Made by a program: the position numbers and the translations under genes | Assembly: GCA_964016885.1 (NCBI GenBank) | Contig: OZ024741.1 | Location: 85,250,001 to 85,314,000 of the forward strand | DNA from: Eledone cirrhosa | Taxonomy: Eukaryota | Reading direction: 5' to 3' | DNA length: 64,000 bases | Notes under the pieces: model-generated | What the model was told of the DNA's origin: nothing | Databases searched by the model: none | What the model saw: the letters and a program-made list of their open reading frames with translations, nothing else | Shown here: positions 63,618 to 64,000 of the stretch, in pieces | Numbering within the stretch: position 1 is the first letter of the stretch | Layout of the letters: every line of letters starts with the position of its first letter

Positions 63618-64000
63618 TTTCTTTATTTGCCACAAGGGCGCAAAAGAAAAGGGAACAATACAAAGACACATGCCGGGGTGTTTTACGTACAGTCGTGTAA
63701 AAATATTATTAAAACAAACAAATTTAACAATCGAAATCCCCAATAGAGGGGAGGCGTTACAAATGGGTTGTTTAATACCCCGTCGATAGAACAACCCTCA
63801 ACTTCAGGAGCGCATCGTGCAAGTGCTCCTTTCTTCCTTTTGCTCTCTTCGTCAACCTACAGGTTTATATACAGAGAAGGCCCAATCACTCGGGCCATTT
63901 TTGCTACATTCACCCACCTTTCAGTAAATTTACTGGGGTGCAGTGCCTCTCTCTCCACTCTGATTCTCCTTCTAAAGTGGTACCTAAAGAGGGAATGAGT
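63618..64000 (-). mobile_element. 3' end of a further, diverged L1/Tx1-type unit running off the window
   Basis: cccttgtggcaaataaagaa(atct)n tail; ORF2 C-terminus RYHFRRRIRVEREAL..RWVNVAKMARV. Confidence 0.9.

Overview
AT-rich animal genomic DNA with no recognisable host gene. The tRNA-derived SINE families, (TA)n/(TG)n/(TACA)n/(GATA)n density and transposon spectrum suggest a cephalopod, probably Octopus (inference). Most ORFs in the track are microsatellite artefacts. Recognisable coding content is all transposon-derived: several L1/Tx1-type non-LTR retrotransposons (including a head-to-tail array linked by (GATA)n from 50.9 kb to the window end), three Penelope-like element (PLE) remnants, a DD37D (maT) Tc1/mariner element, an R4/Dong-like RLE retrotransposon and an internally deleted RTE. 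The most unusual signal is a dense set of small non-coding palindromic insertions in (TA)n tracts that carry whole or half type I hammerhead ribozymes (HHR). These include fold-backs centred on HHR stem II, U3-A8 compensatory core variants, and a ~339-nt circularly permuted retrozyme-like unit. All structures were read by eye, so coordinates are approximate to a few nt.
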